Positions 56,795-64,000 of a stretch of 64,000 nucleotides of DNA are shown here, in pieces. The notes under the pieces are model-generated. The model was not told where the DNA came from and made no database searches. It worked only from the letters and a program-made list of their open reading frames with translations. The translations under genes were made by a program, and so were the position numbers. This stretch comes from Deltaproteobacteria bacterium (lineage in GTDB: Bacteria; Desulfobacterota; DSM-4660; Desulfatiglandales; HGW-15): positions 13,289-77,288 of the forward strand of contig JAFDEF010000001.1 of the NCBI GenBank assembly GCA_019310485.1, read 5' to 3'. Position 1 is the stretch's first letter. Every line of letters begins with the position of its first letter.

Positions 56795-58402
56795 ATGACT
56801 GACAAATACGTTTTGAAGGAATTGTGCCGCTACAAGCTGGGAACTTTTGCTGATATTGTTTATAGAAACGCCCTCTTGCGTTCCGAGGAAGAGGCATTCG
56901 TGTCCGGAGCTGAAAGGGTAAGCTTTGCCAAGTTCAACGAGCGAGTAAACAGCTTGGTACACGCTATTTACTCATTGGGCGTCAAGAAAGGTGACGTTAT
57001 AGGCATTGCCTCATGGAATTGTCTTGAGTATACGTATTTCTGTGGGGCTGCAATGAAGGGCGGATTTGTTGCATCCCCCTTTAATCCTCGGCTTCATAAG
57101 GAGGAATTGGAATACCTCATCAACTACTCGGAGGCGAAAACGCTTTTTGTTGGCCCGGAGCTCATTCCTGTAATTAAAGACCTCAGGTCCCGTCTTCCTT
57201 CAGTAAAAAACTATATTTCAATAGGTAGCCCCGCCTCTGACATGCTTTTTCATGACGAGTTACTTTCCGCTTACCCTTCAAATGAACCGGATGTAAATAT
57301 CAACAGGGATGACCCCTTGATCATATTCTACACCAGCGGTACAACGGGAGTTCCCAGAGGTGCCTTATATACACATTTTCGCAAGCTGGATAACACCCGA
57401 ATAAAAGCGCTGGAGATGGGGGCAAAGCCAGGAGACAGGCACCTTATGGTACTGCCATTCTTTCACATTGGTGGAGACAGTCATGTGTGGCCCTTTTTTA
57501 TTGTCGGAGGATGCAACGTCATAATGCTTCAAAAATCCTTTGATCCGGCTGCTGTTCTTAAAACAATTGAAGATGAGAAAATAACCGATATGCAAATTGT
57601 TCCTACCCAACTCAATTCTTTGCTCTCGCTTCCGAATCTCAGGGACCGTGACCTAAGCAGCCTTAATAGAATCTACTATGCGGCCTCTCCAATGCCGGTT
57701 GAATTACTGAGAAAAGGGCTTGATATATTTGGCTCGATTTTTTCACAGGGTTATGGCCAGACTGAATCCGGACCTCAAATCTGCTCTTTGCCCAGAAAAG
57801 CTCATCAGGTCCTGGATAGATCGGCCGAGGAGCAAGAAGTGCTAAGTTCCTGCGGACAGCCCAGCCTTGGGGTCCATGTGCGAGTCGTGGATGAAAAAAA
57901 TAACGATGTTGCTCCAGGAACCGTGGGGGAGATCATCGCAAAGAGCGATTCAATCATGGTTGAATACTGGCATCGGCCGCAAGAAACAAGCGAGGTTCTT
58001 GTAGGGGGGTGGCTCCACACTGGAGATCTCGGGTACTATGACGAAAAAGGATTCATATACATAGTTGACAGGAAAAAAGACATGATCGTAACTGGTGGAG
58101 AAAACGTGTACTCCCGGGAGGTAGAGGACATCCTTTACAAGCACAAGGCGATAGCCGAAGTTGCTGTCGTCGGTATACCCGACCCGCTATGGGTAGAACG
58201 GGTTCATGCCGCTATTGTTCTTAAGTCTGGTACAACGGCAACTCAAGAGGAAATTATTACGTTTTGCAAGAAGCACCTGGCCTCGTACAAGGCGCCCAAG
58301 TCTGTCGAGTTTCTGGAAGCCCTCCCCAAAAATGCGCAGGGCAAGATCTTGAAAAGAGAAATTGTCAAGAAATACAAAACAGCAAATAGCCCTCCAGAAT
58401 GA
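56795..58402 (+). CDS. AMP-forming acyl-CoA ligase (ligase 3)
   Basis: 535 aa. Motifs IIFYTSGTTGVPRGALYTH, YGQTESG, GWLHTGDLGYYDEKGFIYIVDRKKDMI and C-terminal LPKNAQGKILKRE. Confidence 0.85.
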   Translation: MTDKYVLKELCRYKLGTFADIVYRNALLRSEEEAFVSGAERVSFAKFNERVNSLVHAIYSLGVKKGDVIGIASWNCLEYTYFCGAAMKGGFVASPFNPRLHKEELEYLINYSEAKTLFVGPELIPVIKDLRSRLPSVKNYISIGSPASDMLFHDELLSAYPSNEPDVNINRDDPLIIFYTSGTTGVPRGALYTHFRKLDNTRIKALEMGAKPGDRHLMVLPFFHIGGDSHVWPFFIVGGCNVIMLQKSFDPAAVLKTIEDEKITDMQIVPTQLNSLLSLPNLRDRDLSSLNRIYYAASPMPVELLRKGLDIFGSIFSQGYGQTESGPQICSLPRKAHQVLDRSAEEQEVLSSCGQPSLGVHVRVVDEKNNDVAPGTVGEIIAKSDSIMVEYWHRPQETSEVLVGGWLHTGDLGYYDEKGFIYIVDRKKDMIVTGGENVYSREVEDILYKHKAIAEVAVVGIPDPLWVERVHAAIVLKSGTTATQEEIITFCKKHLASYKAPKSVEFLEALPKNAQGKILKREIVKKYKTANSPPE

Positions 58403-58566
58403 GCGGCTCCCATAAATCGGAAGAAAAACGCATGCAGGATGTTCTTTTCATTGAACCACCCGGGACTTTTCAAGGGTTGTGGCCAAGTGGCAAGTAATTC
58501 GGAACTGAGATTGCGGTTTTTCCTCATTCAGGAAGCCTAGCGAAGAAACCAAATACTACCTTTTTC

Positions 58567-59334
58567 TTGCGGTCAAGAGGCATAGCACAATTGAAAAATA
58601 ACGGAAAAGATGTGGTTTTGCGTCTTGAAAAAATAACAAAAAGTTTTGGGGGGCTAATGGCCCTGAACGGCGTTGATCTCAGCGTAGAACAGGGACAGAT
58701 CGTTGGGCTCATTGGACCAAATGGAGCGGGTAAAACTACACTATTCAATGTCGTCACTTCACTTTACAAGCCGGATAAAGGCGACGTTTATCTGGCTGGT
58801 AAAAAAATCACAGGCAAACCTTCTCATCAACTGTGTCATCTTGGTATTTCCAGAACTTTTCAGTTGGTCAAGACGTTTTTGAGCTTGACCGCGTTTAAGA
58901 ATGTCTTGATTGGCGCCATTTACGGCCACGGAATGAGAGGAAGACAGGCACGGGAAGAAGCACTGGAGGCCCTGCGTCTCGTCGGACTTGCCGACAAGAA
59001 AGAGGTTGTTACTGCTCATATGACCCTTTCAGACCGCCGGCTCCTTGAAGTGGCACGAGCACTGGCCGCAAAGCCTTTGATCACCCTTGTGGATGAACCC
59101 ATGGCCGGGCTGAATCCGTCCGAGATCATCAACATGCTGAAGGTCATTAAACGCGCACGAAACGAAAGAAATGTTGCCATCCTGTGGGTGGAACATAAAG
59201 TGGATGCAATCTTCCGTTTGTGCGACCGCGTAGCGGTATTGGATTATGGGCGCAAGATAGCCGAAGGCAAGCCCGAAGAAATTGCTCAAAACAAAAAAGT
59301 CATCGAGGCGTATCTTGGCAAACCACCTCCTTGA
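58567..59334 (+). CDS. HAAT family ABC ATPase, LivG-type (set 3)
   Basis: Walker A GPNGAGKTT and Walker B ITLVDEPMAGLNP. The start is uncertain: TTG 58567 or GTG 58612. Confidence 0.85.
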   Translation: MRSRGIAQLKNNGKDVVLRLEKITKSFGGLMALNGVDLSVEQGQIVGLIGPNGAGKTTLFNVVTSLYKPDKGDVYLAGKKITGKPSHQLCHLGISRTFQLVKTFLSLTAFKNVLIGAIYGHGMRGRQAREEALEALRLVGLADKKEVVTAHMTLSDRRLLEVARALAAKPLITLVDEPMAGLNPSEIINMLKVIKRARNERNVAILWVEHKVDAIFRLCDRVAVLDYGRKIAEGKPEEIAQNKKVIEAYLGKPPP

Positions 59335-60037
59335 GGTAAAAGGCGTTAACATCTTTCACGGCGACGCTCAGGCAGTATGGGATGTCTCCTTCCATGTAGA
59401 TGAGCAAAAAATCGTAGCTCTAGTGGGAGCTAACGGTGCTGGAAAGAGCACGATCCTGAACGCCATCTCAAGCATTATTAGGCCTAGTGGTGGAGATATC
59501 TTATTCTCAGGAAACTCTACTGTCAGGCTTAAACCTGAAGAAGTCGTGGCCATGGGTATCTCCCAGGTGCCGGAGGGTCGCCGCATTTTTTCTTGTTTAA
59601 CCGTTCTGGAAAATCTTGAGCTTGGCGCCTATCCTGCCAACAAGCGCCCTTACTTAAAGGAATCCATGAAAAGGGCTCTATCCGTCTTTCCAGTGCTTGA
59701 AAGCCGAATGGGCCAGGCTGCCGGGACTCTCAGCGGAGGAGAACAGCAAATGCTAGCCATTGCAAGGGCTTTGATGGCCAGGCCGACTCTCCTAATGTTG
59801 GACGAACCTTCCCTGGGACTTGCCCCCATATTTGTGAGCCGAGTTTTTGATACGATTCAGGCCCTCAATAAAGAAGGTCTGACTATACTCTTGGTTGAAC
59901 AAAATGTTTTCCAGGCTATGGAGATAGCTGACTATGCTTTTGTGCTTCAAACAGGCAGACTGAAAATGGAAGGCACCACGGAAGAGCTCAGGGGCAACCC
60001 CGAGTTTCAGCACGCCTTTTTGGGAATTATGGGATAG
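59315..60037 (+). CDS. HAAT family ABC ATPase, LivF-type (set 3)
   Basis: Walker A GANGAGKST, signature LSGGEQQMLAIARAL and Walker B LLMLDEPS. TTG 59315 (RBS GAGG 6 nt upstream) is preferred. The track ORF begins at 59282. Confidence 0.85.
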   Translation: MANHLLEVKGVNIFHGDAQAVWDVSFHVDEQKIVALVGANGAGKSTILNAISSIIRPSGGDILFSGNSTVRLKPEEVVAMGISQVPEGRRIFSCLTVLENLELGAYPANKRPYLKESMKRALSVFPVLESRMGQAAGTLSGGEQQMLAIARALMARPTLLMLDEPSLGLAPIFVSRVFDTIQALNKEGLTILLVEQNVFQAMEIADYAFVLQTGRLKMEGTTEELRGNPEFQHAFLGIMG

Positions 60038-60041
60038 ACCT

Positions 60042-60935
60042 ATGACGACCTTTCCTTCTGCATCAGTATTCTTTCAGGTCCTCATCAACGGAGTCCTGCT
60101 GGGGTGCATGTATGGTGTTGCCGCAATAGGACTGAGCCTTATTTTTGGAACCATGCGCATTATTTTCCTTGCTCAAGGTGCGGTGATGATTTTGGCAGCT
60201 TACTGCATATACTGGATGGCGACACTCAGTCCAATCAATCCTTTTTTCGGCTTCTTGTTGATCCTTCCCGTATTCCTTGGGCTTGGCTGGATAATGTACA
60301 AGGGACTTTTCCAGAAAGTTGCAAAGGCAGGGGCCAATCCTTCTCTTCTCTTGGCATTCGGACTCATGGTTCTTTTGGAACACGTCATGTCGTTGATCTG
60401 GTCGCCTACCACGCGCTCGGTGATAACGAGCACTTCCACCTCGTCATTAACTCTGGGCAGCATTAACATATCTGTCACCCGTCTCATAGTAGCAGCAGTC
60501 GCCCTTATGGCAACAGCCCTGGTATTCTTGTTCCTGAAAAAAACTATGCTCGGCAAGGCAGTGCGTGCCGCCTCCGAGGATATGAGCGCCGCAGCTCTCC
60601 TGGGAATAAGCCCGACCTATGTGAGCGCAGTCACCTTTGCCATTGGAATAGCTCTCGCCGGCGTTGCGGGAGTAGCGGCCTGTATTACCTATCCATTTGA
60701 TCCGTTTTTTGGTTTTCTCTTCAGTCTCAAAGCTTTAATCGCAGTGGCTTTCGGGGGCCTGGGCAGTGTAGGAGGACCGCTGGTGGGAGGAGTCATGTTA
60801 GGCGTTTTGGAAAGTATGAGTGCTTACACTTTCAGTGCGGGCTGGGCGGATGCCGTCGCATATGCCGCATTCTTGCTAATCTTGATACTTCGACCGGAAG
60901 GGATGCTTGGCCGGCGGAGCATTGAAAAAGTTTAG
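60042..60935 (+). CDS. HAAT family ABC permease, LivH-type (set 3)
   Basis: 297 aa multi-TM protein, VLINGVLLGCMYGVAAIGLSLIFG. Confidence 0.85.
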   Translation: MTTFPSASVFFQVLINGVLLGCMYGVAAIGLSLIFGTMRIIFLAQGAVMILAAYCIYWMATLSPINPFFGFLLILPVFLGLGWIMYKGLFQKVAKAGANPSLLLAFGLMVLLEHVMSLIWSPTTRSVITSTSTSSLTLGSINISVTRLIVAAVALMATALVFLFLKKTMLGKAVRAASEDMSAAALLGISPTYVSAVTFAIGIALAGVAGVAACITYPFDPFFGFLFSLKALIAVAFGGLGSVGGPLVGGVMLGVLESMSAYTFSAGWADAVAYAAFLLILILRPEGMLGRRSIEKV

Positions 60936-60948
60936 GAGTAGCAGCACC

Positions 60949-61944
60949 ATGCTTCAGGAGCCATTAAAACGAAAGACGCACCTCTCGATAGCCCTGGCTC
61001 TTGTCTTCTTTTTTGTGATTTATCCTTTATTGGTTGATGCTGAAGCATCCTATTTGGTTTTTTTATTTTACACGGCCTTCATGTATGTAACCCTGTCACA
61101 GGGGTGGAATATTGCAGCAGGCTATGCAGGGCAGGTCTCCCTTGGTCAACATGCCTTTTTCGGCATAGGTTGTTATGTAACCGCCATAACCTGGAGAGCG
61201 GGGACTGCCGGCTATCTAGACCCTTTGGCCATGCTCATGAGTGGAGCGGGTGCGGCCGTTGTGGCAATAGTGGTGGGTTTACCTCTCCTAGCCAAGCTGA
61301 GAGGCGATTATTTTGCTCTTGGGACCCTGGGACTCGGGGAGATCCTGCGGGTGGCTGCTCTCAATGGGGGGTCCTTTACAGAAGGAGCAGCAGGCATCAG
61401 CATCCCATCTGATGTCTATCAATCAATAAAGCCTTACTACTTTATAGCTCTTCTCATATCCGTGCTTACCATGCTATCGCTTTGGTTCATAGCACACTCC
61501 CGTATTGGTCTTGCACTTGTTGCAATAAGGGAAGACGAAACGGCCGCATCGGCCAACGGCATCCCGATACTGAGATACAAAATACTGGCTTTTACTCTGG
61601 GCGCATTTGTGACAGGGCTTTGCGGGAGTCTTAACGCTTACTTTGTATTTCACATTGATACGACAGGGGCATTCAATCTCAATTGGGTGATTATGCCCAT
61701 TCTCATGGTTATCTTGGGTGGTGTAGGGACTTTTGTGGGACCTGTGCTCGGGGTCTTCTCCCTTATTGCTGCCTTTGAGCTCATCCGTCTCCTGACCCCC
61801 CAGCTCCATCCAATTTTTTCAGGAGCGTTTATAATTCTGGTAACACTCTTTCTGCCCGATGGCATAATGAGCTATCTAACGGGGCATAAAAACAGGTTGT
61901 TGCACAAGTTATCTCCTTTTAAATGGCTTGCCCTGAATAAATAA
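60949..61944 (+). CDS. HAAT family ABC permease, LivM-type (set 3)
   Basis: GYAGQVSLGQHAFFGIGCY and LRGDYFALGTLGLGE. ATG 60949, after AGGAG, is preferred over the track start 60907. Confidence 0.85.
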   Translation: MLQEPLKRKTHLSIALALVFFFVIYPLLVDAEASYLVFLFYTAFMYVTLSQGWNIAAGYAGQVSLGQHAFFGIGCYVTAITWRAGTAGYLDPLAMLMSGAGAAVVAIVVGLPLLAKLRGDYFALGTLGLGEILRVAALNGGSFTEGAAGISIPSDVYQSIKPYYFIALLISVLTMLSLWFIAHSRIGLALVAIREDETAASANGIPILRYKILAFTLGAFVTGLCGSLNAYFVFHIDTTGAFNLNWVIMPILMVILGGVGTFVGPVLGVFSLIAAFELIRLLTPQLHPIFSGAFIILVTLFLPDGIMSYLTGHKNRLLHKLSPFKWLALNK

Positions 61945-62118
61945 CACCGTGAAATCAAGAAGTTTGCCCAAGACGGAGTTCAGCACAGAGATATGGAAAC
62001 CAAGGCTAAAGCCAACGGAAAGGAGGTGAAAATTATCCGATTAAAGTCCACCGGAGGCAGGATTCTTTAGTTTGAGTCCGGAATCGCAACAAATCAATTT
62101 TAAAGAGGGAGGATAACC

Positions 62119-63342
62119 ATGATGAAAAAGACAACAAAAATCGTCTTTCTGCTCACTTGCCTTTTTTTCCTTTCTTCGCTCTTTTTTACCATGCAACAGG
62201 CACGAGCCAAGGACAAAAAAGAAATTCTTATCGGCACCCATATGCCTTTAAGTGGGCTAGGTGCATTCACTGGAGAAGAGCAAAAATGGGCTTATGAGCA
62301 GGCGGTGGCGGACATCAATAAGGCCGGCGGCATCTATGTGAAAGAATACGGCAAGAAGCTTCCGGTTCGCCTTTATGAAATCGATGATGAATCCAACCCT
62401 ACCAAGGCAGCAGCAGCCGTTGAACGGCTTATCAAAAGGGTTAAAGTTGACTTGATATTGAGTGGCCAGGTTGGAGCAATGGGCGTGCTTCCCGGGATGA
62501 TTACCGCTGAAAAATACCATAAGTACTACCATGGCGCGGTGATCTGGGTTCCACAGTTCCTACAGCAACATTTTAAGTACTGCACCATGTATTTTATGGA
62601 CCCCGGTCAGGGAGCTGCAATGGTTTTTGAAGTCTGGAATTCTTTGCCTGAAAAGGATCACCCCAAGAGACCGGCACTCTTCCTTGAAGACACTTTTGAT
62701 GGGAAAACGATCGGTAATGTCATGGAAAGCCTTGCCCCGAAATTTGGATACAAATTCGTTTTGAGACTGACCATGCCCATGGGAGCAAAGGACTTTACCT
62801 CACAAATTCTCAAGGCCAAGGGAGCTAAGGTTGACGGCATTTTCTGTATGTCCAATGTGCCTGAAGCCGTGACCCTTGTTCGACAAATGAAAGAGAACAG
62901 GTTCAGCGTAAAGGCCTTCCAGGGGTTCAAGGGCACTTGGCCGAGCAACTTTTATAAAAGCCTTGGAAAAGACGCCGATTATATCCTTTGTGACGGATTC
63001 TGGTCTATAGACTACCCCTATAAAGGAGCAAAGGAACTCGGGGAGCGCTTCTATAAGGACTTCGGAAGATATTCCACCAATGTGGGCATGTATTATGCTG
63101 TTGCCCAGATTCTGTGGCAAGCGATTGAGAAGGCAGGGACACTGGATGATTTGAAGGTCCGCCAGGCCGTACTGGACAACAAATTTGAAACCGTAAACGG
63201 ACCTGCAGATTATGACGAGAGAGGTATTGCCCTGTTTCCTCTCGGAGATAACCAGTGGCTTAACGGAAAACGCCGAAACATTTATCCCTTCGACCTGGCA
63301 AAATACAAAATCATGGTCATACCGCCATGGGACAAGCGTTAA
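62119..63342 (+). CDS. Periplasmic substrate-binding protein, LivK/Peripla_BP_6 type (set 3)
   Basis: 407 aa. Signal peptide MMKKTTKIVFLLTCLFFLSSLFFTMQQARA, then ILIGTHMPLSGLGAFTG. Confidence 0.85.
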   Translation: MMKKTTKIVFLLTCLFFLSSLFFTMQQARAKDKKEILIGTHMPLSGLGAFTGEEQKWAYEQAVADINKAGGIYVKEYGKKLPVRLYEIDDESNPTKAAAAVERLIKRVKVDLILSGQVGAMGVLPGMITAEKYHKYYHGAVIWVPQFLQQHFKYCTMYFMDPGQGAAMVFEVWNSLPEKDHPKRPALFLEDTFDGKTIGNVMESLAPKFGYKFVLRLTMPMGAKDFTSQILKAKGAKVDGIFCMSNVPEAVTLVRQMKENRFSVKAFQGFKGTWPSNFYKSLGKDADYILCDGFWSIDYPYKGAKELGERFYKDFGRYSTNVGMYYAVAQILWQAIEKAGTLDDLKVRQAVLDNKFETVNGPADYDERGIALFPLGDNQWLNGKRRNIYPFDLAKYKIMVIPPWDKR

Positions 63343-63373
63343 GCCGATAAGGAACTGTGCAAATCAAGTTAGA

Positions 63374-63406
63374 CTTTCACGCGGGGCGCGCCGCCCCGCG
63401 TGAAAG
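63374..63406 (+). terminator. Perfect GC-rich palindrome after the set-3 binding-protein gene
   Basis: ctttcacgcggggcg-cgc-cgccccgcgtgaaag, 32 nt downstream of the stop. No immediate U-tract. Confidence 0.45.
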
Positions 63407-63511
63407 TATGCCATAAGAAATTGATTTTGATCCCGTGCTTTTCCATGCCCCATTTCCGAACGGGAAAGGGCATGGCGAAAACCGTAACTATTTCACCGCC
63501 AGGAGGGAAAG

Positions 63512-64000
63512 ATGGAAATTAAGGCAGCCGTAATTTTTGAGAAATGCGGAAAGTTCAGCATTGAGCGCTTAGAACTCAGCGACCCCAAAGATGACGAAGT
63601 GCTGGTTCGAATTGTTGTTACAGGGATCTGCCATACGGATCTCGCAGCGAGGGACATGCACTTACCTATACCACCGCCCCCCAGTGTTTTTGGTCATGAA
63701 GGGGCCGGCATTGTCGAAAGGGTGGGAGCGGGTGTGACTAAAGTAAAGCCGGGAGACCATGTGGTACTGGCCTGGAACTCCTGTGGTACATGCAGCTCGT
63801 GCAAGGCCGGGATGGATTCCTATTGCCTGAATTTCTTTCTATACAACTTTCACGGAGCTCGGCTGGACGGGACCACGACCTTGAGAAAGGGAGATCAGGT
63901 TATACATGGCTCTTTCTTCAGCCAGTCTTCTTTTGCCGATTTTGCGCTTGCCTCCGAACGAAACGTCGTAAAGGTAAGAAAAGACGTTCCCATTGAAATC
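63512..64000 (+). CDS. Zinc-dependent aryl-alcohol/benzyl-alcohol-type dehydrogenase (3' end outside window; absent from the ORF track)
   Basis: My own translation from ATG 63512 (RBS AGGAGGG at 63501) is MEIKAAVIFEKCGKFSIERLELSDPKDDEVLVRIVVTGICHTDLAARDMHLPIPPPPSVFGHEGAGIVERVGAGVTKVKPGDHVVLAWNSCGTCSSCKAGMDSYC... It stays open to nt 64000. The Zn-ADH motifs GICHTD and GHEGAGIV and the structural Cys cluster are present. Confidence 0.8.
   Translation, partial: MEIKAAVIFEKCGKFSIERLELSDPKDDEVLVRIVVTGICHTDLAARDMHLPIPPPPSVFGHEGAGIVERVGAGVTKVKPGDHVVLAWNSCGTCSSCKAGMDSYCLNFFLYNFHGARLDGTTTLRKGDQVIHGSFFSQSSFADFALASERNVVKVRKDVPIEI

Noticed and set aside
61993-62070. 25-aa mini-ORF (METKAKANGKEVKIIRLKSTGGRIL) between livM and the set-3 binding-protein gene.
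   Set aside because: It is too short to evaluate and has no convincing RBS. It is probably just spacer sequence.
1-64000. CRISPR arrays, rRNA operons, prophage genes, or transposase/integrase genes.
   Set aside because: No regularly spaced direct repeats and no recombinase-like ORFs are present anywhere in the window. The accessory region shows no mobile-element boundaries that I can see.

Overview
The window looks like chromosomal DNA from an anaerobic Desulfobacterota/deltaproteobacterium-like organism. That guess rests only on gene content: Isf-type iron-sulfur flavoproteins, a NIL-ferredoxin, an apgM-type gene next to hom, a PPi-type PFK signature and corrinoid methyltransferases. Nt 1-26,850 is tightly packed housekeeping: map, queG, mnmA, pfk, ispG, proS, rel/spoT, rpmB, mpl, pcm, recG, alaC-like, hom, adk, fba and others. 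It also holds a 6S RNA candidate in the 285-nt gap before adk and two copies of a structured REP-like repeat. Nt 28,196-64,000 is accessory catabolism in three modules, each built around a Liv/HAAT-type ABC importer and an AMP-forming acyl-CoA ligase. (1) A long minus-strand unit (about 45.2 to 30.4 kb) is headed by a PAS-PAS-LuxR regulator. It carries an importer, a DAPG/phloretin-hydrolase-like protein, an Isf-like flavoprotein plus a decayed paralog, an NTF2/SnoaL protein, an FRD/KstD-like flavoenzyme, a CoA ligase and a two-subunit aconitase X. A separately promoted LsrF-like aldolase/Zn-dehydrogenase/FBA unit follows. (2) A minus-strand unit (56.2 to 45.4 kb) runs marR, corrinoid protein, URO-D-type methyltransferase, pterin-binding methyltransferase (an O-demethylase-like trio), then livGF, CoA ligase, livHM and a binding protein. 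(3) A plus-strand unit (56.8 to 63.3 kb) has a CoA ligase plus a full importer, followed by a partial aryl-alcohol-type dehydrogenase that the ORF track misses. No rRNA, tRNA, CRISPR array, transposase or integrase was seen. The best candidates for undescribed biology are the orphan AcnX inside a flavoenzyme/C-C-hydrolase/CoA-ligase locus and the corrinoid methyltransferase system fused to uptake and CoA activation. All family assignments come from motif recognition by eye. No searches were run.
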